From a virus (taxonomy: Duplodnaviria > Caudoviricetes): DNA of 27,367 nucleotides. Below, one piece after another: positions 1-9,417 of this stretch. The notes under the pieces are model-generated. The model did no database searches, was not told the origin of the DNA, and worked only from the letters and a program-made list of their open reading frames with translations. Position 1 is the first letter of the stretch; each line of letters begins with the position of its first letter. Made by a program: the position numbers and the translations under genes. The stretch covers positions 1-27,367 of IMG/VR virus record IMGVR_UViG_3300006754_000123. One strand, 5' to 3'.

Positions 1-76
1 TAGATATGTATCCATACCCGAAATTAGCTATTGGGGGGATATCCAGTTTTAGTTCAGCAAACTTAAACCAAATAAT

Positions 77-340
77 ATGGAAATATTTATAGCATCGCTT
101 TTAGTTTTTTTTACCTTAAACTTTTTAGGAAAAAAACTTTTACAAATAATTAAAAAAAACGCAGAACCCAAAAGGCATCCTTATTTTTTAAAGGATGATA
201 TCGACTATACTTACACAACAAAAGGCAAAGATCAAGGAAAAAAAAAGAACTACACTTATCCCGATTTTGTCAAGGAACACTATAAATTCGAATTGAAAAA
301 CAATGGCACGAGGAAGAAAAAAACTACCGACAAAAATTAA
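77..340 (+). CDS. Hypothetical protein with N-terminal hydrophobic segment
   Basis: 87-aa ORF with A-rich leader; first ~20 residues hydrophobic; overlaps the terS start. Confidence 0.55.
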   Translation: MEIFIASLLVFFTLNFLGKKLLQIIKKNAEPKRHPYFLKDDIDYTYTTKGKDQGKKKNYTYPDFVKEHYKFELKNNGTRKKKTTDKN

Positions 341-779
341 AGAACTGCAAGGCACGCTTAAAACTGAACGCGTTTTAAAAAACGAAATGCAAGTTGCGCT
401 CGTAGAAAAAGTTCCGCCCCCGCCTAAGTGGCTAACTAAAATCGCGGCGCAAGAGTGGAAAAATGTTTGCTTTGAATTATATAATAAGCAAATGCTGCAT
501 AAAATTGATTTACGTTTCATAGAAGCTTATTGCAATGCGATGGCCTTACATATTGAAACGGAACAAATGCTGCGCAAAGAGGGACGAATACAAATTTTTA
601 AAAATGTAGATGGAACTATTAAGCACACGCAAAGCAACCCTTTTCAAAAAATTGCAAACGATGCACTGGACAAAGCTTTAAAGATAGCCACTCAGTTTGG
701 ACTTACGCCTAGCGCGCGCACAAATATAAGCCAGCCCACGATGATACAAAATAATAATGAATTCAACTTCTTTGAATAA
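303..779 (+). CDS. terS: Terminase small subunit, P27 family
   Basis: MARGRKKLPTKIKELQGT...PPPPKWL...A..EW...FGLTPSAR signature; directly upstream of terL. Confidence 0.93.
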   Translation: MARGRKKLPTKIKELQGTLKTERVLKNEMQVALVEKVPPPPKWLTKIAAQEWKNVCFELYNKQMLHKIDLRFIEAYCNAMALHIETEQMLRKEGRIQIFKNVDGTIKHTQSNPFQKIANDALDKALKIATQFGLTPSARTNISQPTMIQNNNEFNFFE

Positions 780-2334
780 AAAATTTTTTTATGATAATAA
801 AGCAGCGGATCGGGCGGTGGCTTTTATAGAAACCCATATCCGCCACTGCAAAGGCGATTTGACGGGGGAAAAATTTATACTTGAAAAGTGGCAAAAAGAT
901 GAAATAATAAAGCCAATATTTGGATGGAAATATAAAAAAACTGGCTTGCGTAAATACCGAACTTGCTATGTAGAAATTCCACGCAAGAACGGGAAAAGCA
1001 GCTTAGGCGCAGCGCTTGCTTTGTTTATGTTATTTGCCGATAGCGAACGCGGTGCGGAAATATTTAGTTGCGCAGCCGACAGAAATCAGGCCAGCATCAT
1101 TTTTAATATTGCCAAAACAATGGTAGAACTTTCGCCCGAATTATCGGCACGCGCCAAAGTTTATAGAAACAGCATAGTGAATCCAGCCAAAGGAAACACT
1201 TATAAAGTTTTAAGCGCGGATGCAAAATTACAGCACGGACATAACAGTCACGGAATTTTCTTTGATGAATTACACACGCAAAGCACCCGCGAACTATTTG
1301 ATGCAATGCAAACCAGCACGGGAGCGCGAAGTCAAAGCTTGATGTTTTGTATTACTACGGCTGGCGCAAGTAAAACCGATGGAAATATTTGCTGGGAGAC
1401 ACACGATTACGCTACCAAAGTAAAAGAAGGGATAATAAAAGACGACTCATTTTTGCCCGTTATTTATGCAGCTGATGAAGAAGATGATATTCAATTACTT
1501 AGCACTTGGAAAAAAGCAAATCCAAACTACAATATAAGTATAAAAAAAGAGTATTTTAAAAGGGAAAGCGCAAAGGCCGCTGAACTGGTTAGCTATGAAA
1601 ATACTTTTAAGCGTCTGCATCTGAATATCTGGACTACCAATATCACCAAATGGATAGCGGATAGTATCTGGTGCGAAAACGCCAGTAAAATAAACCTAAA
1701 AGATTTGGAGGGGCGCGAGTGCTGGGGCGGGTTAGATTTGGCTAGCACCCGCGATCTCAGTAGTTTGGTTTTACTATTCCCAATGGATAATGAGAAATAT
1801 ATTGCTTTGCCTTTTTTTTGGTTACCGCGTGAAACTATTTACAACCGCGTTATGAAGGATAAAGTTCTTTACAATAAGTGGGTAGATCAGGGATTCATTT
1901 TTGCAAGCGAGGGCGATGTGCAAGATTATGAATTTATCCGTAAGCAAATAAATGATCTAGGCGCAAAATACAACATAAAAAGCATCGCTTTTGACCGCTG
2001 GAATAGTTCGCAGTTAGTTGTAAATTTAGCAAATGATGGATGCACGCTTAGCCCATTCGGACAAGGTTTTGCAAGTATGAGCGCACCGACAAAAGAACTT
2101 GAAAAGATTATTTTAAAAAGAAATTTAAACCACTTAGAAAACCCCGTTCTGCGCTGGCAGTGTTCCAATGTAAGCTTACGCACGGATCCCGCTTTAAATA
2201 TAAAAATTGACAAAGCAAAGTCCAGCGAAAAAGTGGATGGGATGGTGGCCTTAGTAATGGCGCTGGGGGAATATTTAACAGACGAAACCGAAGGCGATAG
2301 CGTCTATGACGATCGCGGAATTTTAACTTTATGA
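757..2334 (+). CDS. terL: Terminase large subunit (HK97/D3-like)
   Basis: Walker A IPRKNGKS, Walker B FFDELH, ITTAG motif, nuclease motifs GLDLAST and EKVDGMVAL. Confidence 0.97.
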   Translation: MNSTSLNKKFFYDNKAADRAVAFIETHIRHCKGDLTGEKFILEKWQKDEIIKPIFGWKYKKTGLRKYRTCYVEIPRKNGKSSLGAALALFMLFADSERGAEIFSCAADRNQASIIFNIAKTMVELSPELSARAKVYRNSIVNPAKGNTYKVLSADAKLQHGHNSHGIFFDELHTQSTRELFDAMQTSTGARSQSLMFCITTAGASKTDGNICWETHDYATKVKEGIIKDDSFLPVIYAADEEDDIQLLSTWKKANPNYNISIKKEYFKRESAKAAELVSYENTFKRLHLNIWTTNITKWIADSIWCENASKINLKDLEGRECWGGLDLASTRDLSSLVLLFPMDNEKYIALPFFWLPRETIYNRVMKDKVLYNKWVDQGFIFASEGDVQDYEFIRKQINDLGAKYNIKSIAFDRWNSSQLVVNLANDGCTLSPFGQGFASMSAPTKELEKIILKRNLNHLENPVLRWQCSNVSLRTDPALNIKIDKAKSSEKVDGMVALVMALGEYLTDETEGDSVYDDRGILTL

Positions 2335-2534
2335 AACAACTGCCTTTTGAAATACTAGCTTTGCTGTCGCCTAGTGGATTTAATGATAGATTCCACAAAC
2401 ATTGCAAAACAAGTAAAACTTATGTAGAAGCTTATGAAAAAACAGATACGGAATATGAACAAATTTTCGGGAAGCGAAAATATAGTTCGTATAATAGTTT
2501 CCGAGTTTGTATGAATAGGCGCTTAAAAATGTAA
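2331..2534 (+). CDS. Hypothetical protein
   Basis: 67-aa ORF coupled to terL by ATGA overlap. Confidence 0.7.
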   Translation: MKQLPFEILALLSPSGFNDRFHKHCKTSKTYVEAYEKTDTEYEQIFGKRKYSSYNSFRVCMNRRLKM

Positions 2535-2562
2535 CAATGTTACCGCTTAGGAATTAAGGAAA

Positions 2563-2576
2563 TGCGTAAAATTGCA
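2563..2576 (+). promoter_or_regulatory. Candidate promoter element TGCGTAAAATTGCA upstream of portal
   Basis: One mismatch to the Bacteroidota -7 motif TAnnTTTG; the same TGCGTAnnATTGCA pattern recurs at 18364-18377. Confidence 0.4.
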
Positions 2577-2592
2577 AAAATCCTTATTTTTT

Positions 2593-3873
2593 ATGGCCAT
2601 CTTAGATTATTTCCGCACCTTTTTCACACCAAATAAAACCACAGAAAAACGCGGCTTCCTAGACCAGATGAGCCGCTATGCAAGCGGAAGCGCTATTTCA
2701 GTAAGCACCGATTCGGCTATGTCTTTTGCGGCTGTTTTTGCAGCCATAAGAATTCTATCTGAAAGCGTAGCGCAGCTTCCTATCCAGCTTTGCGAACGCG
2801 ATGCGAACGGGGATAAAACTATCCGCAACGATCACCCGCTTTACAATTTAATCCACCGCAAGCCGAACGGCTATATGACGACTTATATTTTTATGCAAAA
2901 AATAATCACAGATCTTTGCACGAATGGAAATAGTTATGTTCAAATAGTAAGAAATAACACCGCGCAGCCGCTTGAATTATTACCCTTGCAAGCAGATCAA
3001 ATGAGCGTGAAACAAATAGATGGAAAATATTTTTATCAGTATAGTGGCGGCAATAGTGGGCAAACAATTTTTGAAGCTGATGACTTGCTGCATTTTAAAG
3101 GGCTTACAACTGATGGCTTGATAGGGTTAAGCCCGATTGACACTTGCGCCAATAGCATCGGCTGGGGATTAAGCTTGGAAAAATATGGGAACACTTATTT
3201 CCAGAATGGCGCAAAGGTGAGCGGGGTGCTGCAAACCGACCGCAGCTTATCCACAGAAGCAGTAGATAGATTACGCAATTCCTTCAACGCAAATTATAGC
3301 AACATCGGGGACAGCAATAAAACACTAATACTAGAAGAGGGATTAAAATTTTCGGGGATTAGCTTATCAAATGAAGCTAGCCAGTTTCTTGTTAGCCGCC
3401 AATTTAGTATTGAAGAAATCGCGCGGATCTTTAATTTGCCGCCCCACTTGCTGCGCGATTTAAGCAAATCAAGTTTTTCCAATATCCAAGAACAAAGCCG
3501 CGAGTTTGTGCAATATAGCTTGATGCCTTACTTAAAAATGATAGAAAGCGAAATAAACGGAAAGCTTTTTAAGCAAACCGAAATTGGAAAAATTTTCGTG
3601 GAATTCAATGTCAATGCGCTTTTACGCGGCAACCCAAAAGATAGGAGCGAATATTATAGAACGATGCTTAATATCGGCGCAATGTCAATAAATGAAATTC
3701 GCCAAAAAGAAAACCTTAACGCAATAGAAGAAGGAGATAATCTGTTTATGCAAATGAATATGACTACGCTTACAAATATAGTAGAAGGACAACCAGTTGA
3801 AGAAGCACCAGCACCGCCAGAAATAGACGCTGAACTTTTAGAAGAGGAAGAAATAACAAACGGAACAAATTAA
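2593..3873 (+). CDS. Portal protein, HK97 family
   Basis: AVFAAIRILSESVAQLP, LLHFKG, GLIGLSPI, EEIARIFNLPPHLL, INEIRQKENL motifs; ATG at 2593 preferred over the TTG at 2572. Confidence 0.96.
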   Translation: MAILDYFRTFFTPNKTTEKRGFLDQMSRYASGSAISVSTDSAMSFAAVFAAIRILSESVAQLPIQLCERDANGDKTIRNDHPLYNLIHRKPNGYMTTYIFMQKIITDLCTNGNSYVQIVRNNTAQPLELLPLQADQMSVKQIDGKYFYQYSGGNSGQTIFEADDLLHFKGLTTDGLIGLSPIDTCANSIGWGLSLEKYGNTYFQNGAKVSGVLQTDRSLSTEAVDRLRNSFNANYSNIGDSNKTLILEEGLKFSGISLSNEASQFLVSRQFSIEEIARIFNLPPHLLRDLSKSSFSNIQEQSREFVQYSLMPYLKMIESEINGKLFKQTEIGKIFVEFNVNALLRGNPKDRSEYYRTMLNIGAMSINEIRQKENLNAIEEGDNLFMQMNMTTLTNIVEGQPVEEAPAPPEIDAELLEEEEITNGTN

Positions 3874-3875
3874 AA

Positions 3876-4844
3876 ATGCCAATACCTACGCCAAACGAAA
3901 ACGAAAACGAACAAGAATTTATGGATAGGTGTATGTCCGATGATACAATGCAAGAATACGAAAACGACGAACGGCTGGCAATATGTAAAACACAAATTGA
4001 AAATAAAAATTTAGAAAATATGGATAACGAAAAAAGACACGTCAAGGAAATAATAGAAGATTCTGAAACTATAACAATAGTGTATGAAAAAGACGAAAAA
4101 TTCGAGGGGATAAAAATAAAGGAAGATGATACACCAAACGAAGGCGACGAGGAAGTAGTGGGTGCGGAAGATGAAACCGAAGAAGAAGAATATAACAGCT
4201 TAAACACTACCGAAATCAAATCAGTTTGGGATAAGAATATTACAACTGAAAAGCGCTTTTATAATGTAGATACACGCATCAGCAAACGCAATGGAAAACA
4301 AGTAATAGAAGGACACGCGGCTATTTACGACAGCCCTAGCGAAGATCTTGGTGGATTCACAGAACGAATTCAACAAGGAGCTTTTGATAATGTTTTGGAA
4401 AATGATGTGCGGGCTTATTTTAATCACGATCCAAATTTTATTCTTGGCCGCACAACCAGCGGCACGCTACGCATAAGCACTGATGACACGGGATTAAAAT
4501 ACGAGTTTGATGTGCCTGATACAACTGCGGGGCGTGATTTGGTAGTTAGTATGCAGCGCGGGGATATAACGCAAAGCTCGTTCGCTTTCACCGTGGAAGA
4601 AGATTCTTGGGAACAAGTTGAGGGAAAAGATATACGAACAATAAATAAGGTAAAAAGATTATACGATGTGAGTCCAGTTTCCATCCCCGCTTATCCCAAT
4701 GCAAATGATTTGGCACTGGCGCAGCGTAGTAAAATGATTTACAACGACAAGCAAAAAATGCAAGCAGAAAGTAATTATGAAATGAAAACAAGTTTAGATA
4801 AATTAAAATTGAAAATTAACATATTAAAAAGAAAAAGAAAATGA
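3876..4844 (+). CDS. Prohead maturation protease, HK97 family, with acidic N-terminal extension
   Basis: IEGHAAIYD, FNHD...LGRT, SSFAF, LYDVSPVSIPAYP; located between portal and capsid genes. Confidence 0.94.
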   Translation: MPIPTPNENENEQEFMDRCMSDDTMQEYENDERLAICKTQIENKNLENMDNEKRHVKEIIEDSETITIVYEKDEKFEGIKIKEDDTPNEGDEEVVGAEDETEEEEYNSLNTTEIKSVWDKNITTEKRFYNVDTRISKRNGKQVIEGHAAIYDSPSEDLGGFTERIQQGAFDNVLENDVRAYFNHDPNFILGRTTSGTLRISTDDTGLKYEFDVPDTTAGRDLVVSMQRGDITQSSFAFTVEEDSWEQVEGKDIRTINKVKRLYDVSPVSIPAYPNANDLALAQRSKMIYNDKQKMQAESNYEMKTSLDKLKLKINILKRKRK

Positions 4845-6073
4845 AAAAAAGTATAGAACTTAAAGAGCAGCGCTCTGAGGTTATTTCTAAGCTTGAAGCT
4901 ATTAGCAATACCGCTGATGCTGCAAAGGAAGAACTAACAAATGAGCAAAGTGCTGAGGTGGAAACGCTTTTAGAAAGAGCCGATTCGCTAGAAACACAAA
5001 TTACAAAAGCTGAAAAGCTGGAAAAAACACTAAGGGAGTCGGCTTTGATCTCTGGCGTGGCTGTTGAGCCAAAAGCGGATAAAGATTTAGAAAAATTCAC
5101 TTTTCAAGCTGCAATGCGTGCGGCTTATACGGGTAAAGTTGAAGGGATTATTAAAGAAATGGATCAAGAAGCAAGAAGAAACGCTCATTACACGGGACAA
5201 ACTTTTAGAGGGATAGGGGTTCCAGCGTCAATCTTAACTGAGAAAAGAACAGCCGCAGAAACCGCAGCTGTCAATTCAACGCAAACAATGTCTTTCACTG
5301 ACCAATTACAGAGCAATCTAGTTTTAGTAAGTGCGGGAGCTAATTTCTACGGGGGTGTAGAAAATATGAAATTCCCAGTTATTAGCGGCGTGAATTCAAC
5401 TTGGATGCCAGAAAGTGGCGGAACGGCGGGAACACCAACGGGAACAGCAAGCTCGGTAACGCTTTCACCAAAGAAAGTGATTTCCGTAGTAAATGTTTCA
5501 AATGAAGCTCTAACGCAAAACGCTGGGCTAGAAGCAGCTCTTCAAAGAAATATGGCGGCAAATCTTGCAGCAACTTTAGAAATTGCGTTACTTGATACGT
5601 CTGATGTAAGTAACGCGCCAGCTTCAATTTTTGCTGATGCTAGTGCGGGTTCTACGGGCGCGGTGTTTAGCGGGGCGACCGCCTTAACTTTGGAAGAGGA
5701 CTACTTAGGTAATGACGGAACTTATGAGGGTGCAAGGATGGCTTACTTAATGGATGCTGATGCTTATGCAGCTATTAAAGTAGCTCAAATGGTGAGTAAT
5801 GTTTCTGCTGCTTGGGATAATAGAGATAAAACGGTGAACGGGTTTTACGGATTTGTTTCTAGTAATGTTGCGAGCAGTGGCACGGCTGATAAAGATCACG
5901 TCTTATTTGGAGATTTCTCGAAATGTCACATAGCGCAGTTTGGCGGGATCGATCTCTTATACGATCCTTACACGAACGGAGCAACTGGAGAGCCAAGAAT
6001 GATAGTGACTTCGCTAGTTGATGGGGATGCAGTGCAAAATGCAACTGCCTTTTCAAGCTTAGTGGAAGCATAA
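4841..6073 (+). CDS. Major capsid protein, HK97 fold, with N-terminal coiled-coil delta domain
   Basis: Coiled-coil N-terminus, VTLSPKK, LFGDFS, DPYT motifs; synteny. Confidence 0.94.
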   Translation: MKKSIELKEQRSEVISKLEAISNTADAAKEELTNEQSAEVETLLERADSLETQITKAEKLEKTLRESALISGVAVEPKADKDLEKFTFQAAMRAAYTGKVEGIIKEMDQEARRNAHYTGQTFRGIGVPASILTEKRTAAETAAVNSTQTMSFTDQLQSNLVLVSAGANFYGGVENMKFPVISGVNSTWMPESGGTAGTPTGTASSVTLSPKKVISVVNVSNEALTQNAGLEAALQRNMAANLAATLEIALLDTSDVSNAPASIFADASAGSTGAVFSGATALTLEEDYLGNDGTYEGARMAYLMDADAYAAIKVAQMVSNVSAAWDNRDKTVNGFYGFVSSNVASSGTADKDHVLFGDFSKCHIAQFGGIDLLYDPYTNGATGEPRMIVTSLVDGDAVQNATAFSSLVEA

Positions 6074-6083
6074 TAGTTGTAAA

Positions 6084-6149
6084 TTTTTGCTTTGTTTTTG
6101 GGCGTTTTTGGCGTAATTTTACGCCTTAAACACCCGAAACAAGCAGAAA
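6084..6149 (+). other. Long imperfect RNA hairpin after the capsid gene
   Basis: GGCGTA-ATTT-TACGCC core extended by GTTT/AAAC, GGG/CCC and TGCTTTGTTTTT/GAAACAAGCA arms. Confidence 0.7.
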
Positions 6150-6271
6150 GCTTATATGGCGCTGAGCGCTATTTTAAAGCGATTTAAGCCACTTAGAGCT
6201 TCGGCTGCTGCTAGTATATGTAAAACAAAAGATGTGCGTTTTACTAGGTTAAAAGCAAAAAGTAAAAAAAA

Positions 6272-6319
6272 TATTATGTTAAATAGATCTACTTAACATA
6301 ATAAAATATTATGTTAAAT
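6272..6319. other. dif-like (Xer recombination) site cluster
   Basis: TTATGTTAAAT at 6274-6284 and 6309-6319, identical to the E. coli dif XerD arm; inverted one-mismatch copy ACTTAACATAA at 6291-6301. Confidence 0.7.
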
Positions 6320-6335
6320 AGAAAAACCCTAAAAA

Positions 6336-6980
6336 ATGGCCAGAAGTGCAGTAATAACAACACCGAATAACAACGCCTTGAACACGCTGGCGGAATGCAA
6401 AGCGCACCTAAGAATTGAAGTGGATGACGATGATACTTACATCACTTCTTTGTCAATGGCCGCCAAGCAAGCGATCGAAAGTTATTGTAATATTATAATC
6501 TTGGATTCGGAAGTGAAACAATATGGCGACACTTGGGAAGATATTTATCAGCTGTATTTTAGTTCTGTAAAAAACCTTTTAAAAAACCAATCTGCGCCAA
6601 AGCCGTGGATTGAAGTGGATCATATAAAATACTATGACACTGCGGGATCTTTACAAACTTGGGCTTCTACGGAATACATTGTAGATGACACTTCTATGCC
6701 CGCAAGAATAGGGCTTGATCCCGATGGAGATGGATATCCAAATTTAGAATGTAGAATGAACGCTATTGTAGTGACTTACAATGTTGGAATAGAATTTGCC
6801 GACATTGCAAAAATTCCAGACGCTTTAAAACAAGCGGGGTTAATTTTAGTCGGGCAATGGTATGAAAACCGACAAGAAGCAGTCGTAGGGCGTTCGGTAG
6901 GGGTGATACCCTTAACTGCGCGCTATTTGATGGATCCGTATAGAATACAAACTTTTGGACTTCCAACTAAGGTATTATGA
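6336..6980 (+). CDS. Head-tail connector (gp6-like adaptor)
   Basis: TLAECKAHLRIEVDDDDTYI and IPDALKQAGLILVGQWYENRQE motifs. Confidence 0.92.
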   Translation: MARSAVITTPNNNALNTLAECKAHLRIEVDDDDTYITSLSMAAKQAIESYCNIIILDSEVKQYGDTWEDIYQLYFSSVKNLLKNQSAPKPWIEVDHIKYYDTAGSLQTWASTEYIVDDTSMPARIGLDPDGDGYPNLECRMNAIVVTYNVGIEFADIAKIPDALKQAGLILVGQWYENRQEAVVGRSVGVIPLTARYLMDPYRIQTFGLPTKVL

Positions 6981-7378
6981 TCACAATAGGGCAATTAGAT
7001 AGAAAATTTCAGCTTCAATTAAAAAATATAAGCCGTGATGCTATTGGCGGAAATAGTGTAACGTGGGTTGATGCTTTCGATACCCCAGCGTCTACGCTGC
7101 TTTCTTGTTTTATTGAATTTAAAAGCGGAAAAGAAACTGATGATAATGAGCGCCTAAATGAAAAAGAAGTAGTGATATTTTATGTTAGAAATATCGGTAG
7201 TGTTATAAAAAAGATCAACGCTTATGATTATCGATTAGCATATCCCGTCACGGCTGGCGCAGTAATAACAAACACAACGGAATTCTATTATGTTACAGCG
7301 GTGCAAGAATATGAAGGAAGAAATAGATTTTTAAAAATACTAACAGAAAAACGAACTAGCGAACTAACAAGATTATGA
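6977..7378 (+). CDS. Head closure / head-tail adaptor (SPP1 gp16-like)
   Basis: IGQLDRKFQLQ...RDAIGG...TW start motif; synteny. Confidence 0.85.
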   Translation: MITIGQLDRKFQLQLKNISRDAIGGNSVTWVDAFDTPASTLLSCFIEFKSGKETDDNERLNEKEVVIFYVRNIGSVIKKINAYDYRLAYPVTAGAVITNTTEFYYVTAVQEYEGRNRFLKILTEKRTSELTRL

Positions 7379-7920
7379 TCAGAGTAGATATGTTAGGAGA
7401 TAGAGAAACCCGTGCAGCTTTTTTAAGAATAGCCAAAGAATTAGGCAATGATAAAGCTATGCTGTCAAAAGTAATTCGCCCAGCTGCGCGCCCACTTGTA
7501 AAAGCGATGCGAGAACTTACGCCAGCTTTAAAAGGGGGCAAAGATTTTAAAGTTTATAGAACACCGAAAAAAAATAAAAAACAGAAAGCACCCAAAGGAA
7601 TGGGAAAAATAGTTTATAATATTAAAAGCGGAACCCTAAAAGAATCTATCGGAATATTTACTACGAAAAGCAGTAGGAATATGCCCGCGCTTTATGTAGG
7701 ACCGCGCTATAAATTTGGTAAATGGAAAGACGCAGAAACGGGCGGCTGGTTCTGGCCTTTTGTTCAGTTTGGAACGGACTTTGTGAAAGCCAATACTTTT
7801 GTTCTGAAAGCCGCAATGGCTACGCGCAGCAATGTTTTAGGAATAGCGAAAACCCTAGCGAAAAAAAGAGTTGTTGAAGTAGTAAGTAAAAAAGGAAGAA
7901 AAGGAATTAAATTAGTATGA
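7375..7920 (+). CDS. HK97 gp10-like neck/tail completion protein
   Basis: Basic protein with SGTLKESI and GGWFWPFVQFGT motifs. Confidence 0.8.
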   Translation: MIRVDMLGDRETRAAFLRIAKELGNDKAMLSKVIRPAARPLVKAMRELTPALKGGKDFKVYRTPKKNKKQKAPKGMGKIVYNIKSGTLKESIGIFTTKSSRNMPALYVGPRYKFGKWKDAETGGWFWPFVQFGTDFVKANTFVLKAAMATRSNVLGIAKTLAKKRVVEVVSKKGRKGIKLV

Positions 7921-8327
7921 TAGGAAAAGCAGTATATAATATTTTAACGAATGACGTAGCAGTGGCCGCAGCGATAGGAACGCGCTGCTATCCCAATATA
8001 AATACAGAACGCGCAAATAATTTTCCGTATATTGTGTATTCCCACGCAGCGGATGAGCCGCACGATACAAAGCATTCCGTTTCTACTTTAAATACAGCGC
8101 TGCTAAATATTACTATTTATGACAATGATATGCTAAGCAATGAAACACTAGCAGAAGATGTTAGACAAGCAATAGATAGGAAAAGCGGCACTTATAACAC
8201 AATAGAAGTGCAAAGCGTTCAATACACAAACCAATCCAATCAATTCGAATTTGAAGGAATGGAAGATGATGATGGCGTCTTTGTTATAAGCCAGAACTAT
8301 AAAATTAGATATGAACCAATAAATTAG
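7917..8327 (+). CDS. Tail terminator (DUF3168-like)
   Basis: AVYNILTND...GTRCYP...FPYIVY pattern; precedes tail tube gene. Confidence 0.8.
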   Translation: MIGKAVYNILTNDVAVAAAIGTRCYPNINTERANNFPYIVYSHAADEPHDTKHSVSTLNTALLNITIYDNDMLSNETLAEDVRQAIDRKSGTYNTIEVQSVQYTNQSNQFEFEGMEDDDGVFVISQNYKIRYEPIN

Positions 8328-8332
8328 AAAAA

Positions 8333-8536
8333 ATGCCTTATTACACACTGATAAAAAAATGGACAGAACACAACGGGAAAGAATATGCAAAAGGATGCGC
8401 GATCGGCCTAAGCACAACACAAGCCGAAGCTTTTGCAGCTAACGGATATATAGAAATTGAGCCGAGCGAAAAACCAAAAAAGAAAAAACTAAAAACTAGA
8501 AAAGAAAATGGCGACACTGACAATTCAAACGATTAA
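8333..8536 (+). CDS. Small hypothetical protein with Lys-rich tail
   Basis: 67-aa ORF filling the operon; A-rich leader. Confidence 0.6.
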   Translation: MPYYTLIKKWTEHNGKEYAKGCAIGLSTTQAEAFAANGYIEIEPSEKPKKKKLKTRKENGDTDNSND

Positions 8537-8867
8537 CGATGCGGGAAGCGTTCCCACTTTTTCAGCGGCGACTGAAAGTGGCGATCAGTATTTAAACACT
8601 GGAAACCAGTTTCTAGCAATAAAGAACGCGGGAACAGAATCGGCGTGCGTAGTTACAATAACAGCACAAGTCACAAGCTTGGACTTAACACTTTACGGGG
8701 AAGTTACAAAAGCGAGCACAACCTTATCCGTAGCAGCGGGATCCACTGGCTTTATTGGTGGGCTTTACACGCCAATTTTTAACGACGCCAGCGGATACGC
8801 TCAAATAACTTATAGCCAAGTAGAATCAGTAACAATAGCAGCACTAATAAACAAAACACAAATCTAA
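8508..8867 (+). CDS. Putative virion structural protein
   Basis: 119 aa, Thr/Ser/Ala/Gly-rich beta-type composition; inside tail module. Confidence 0.65.
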   Translation: MATLTIQTINDAGSVPTFSAATESGDQYLNTGNQFLAIKNAGTESACVVTITAQVTSLDLTLYGEVTKASTTLSVAAGSTGFIGGLYTPIFNDASGYAQITYSQVESVTIAALINKTQI

Positions 8868-8893
8868 AAAATTAACCAATAAAATAAAAAATT

Positions 8894-9331
8894 ATGCCGA
8901 GCAATGTATTAAATGGAACTAGCATCATCGTGAAAACGGGTGCGTCAGGTTCTGAAACAGAAATTTTGTTTTCCACAAATGCCAGCTTGACGCTGAGTAT
9001 GGACACAAGAGATATTTCAAATAAGGGTAGTTCTGGATGGCGCGAATTACTAGAAGCGCAAATGAGTTGGAGCGTTTCAACTGAGGGGCTTTTAGCTTTT
9101 AAAGATAGCAGTGGATCAGCAGTGAAAAACTATGATGATCTTGTTACCGACTTAGTTGCAAGAACAGCTTTTCAAATCTTAATTACGCCAAGCACAACCA
9201 CGACACTAGATTACACTTGGACGGGGGAATGCTTTATCACAAGCGTAGAACAAAGCGCACCGCTAGAAGATTCAGCGACTTGGAGCGCTACATTTGAAGG
9301 AACGGGAGCACTTACGCAAGCAGTTGTATAA
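8894..9331 (+). CDS. Major tail tube protein (TP901-1-like)
   Basis: DISNKGSSGWRELL, WSVSTEGL, ATWSATFEGTGAL motifs. Confidence 0.92.
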   Translation: MPSNVLNGTSIIVKTGASGSETEILFSTNASLTLSMDTRDISNKGSSGWRELLEAQMSWSVSTEGLLAFKDSSGSAVKNYDDLVTDLVARTAFQILITPSTTTTLDYTWTGECFITSVEQSAPLEDSATWSATFEGTGALTQAVV

Positions 9332-9348
9332 TAGTTAAAAAATAATTG

Positions 9349-9356
9349 TATATTTG
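9349..9356 (+). promoter_or_regulatory. Candidate Bacteroidota -7 promoter motif TATATTTG
   Basis: Exact TAnnTTTG match in intergenic DNA; overlaps a hairpin, so may be coincidental. Confidence 0.3.
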
Positions 9357-9400
9357 GGCGGGAATAATTTAGCGGGAGCTTTATTATTTCTACCTAAATA
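9351..9400 (+). other. Long RNA hairpin with GNRA loop after the tail tube gene
   Basis: TATTTGGGCGGGAATAAT pairs with ATTATTTCTACCTAAATA; inner AGC-GGGA-GCT. Confidence 0.7.
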
Positions 9401-9417
9401 AACAAAATACTTTAACT

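Noticed and set aside
1-76. Precise cos site
   Set aside because: Position is plausible and a G6 run is present, but no cleavage site can be assigned from sequence alone
6150-6250. tRNA gene in the intergenic gap
   Set aside because: No cloverleaf with T-loop consensus or acceptor stem could be drawn
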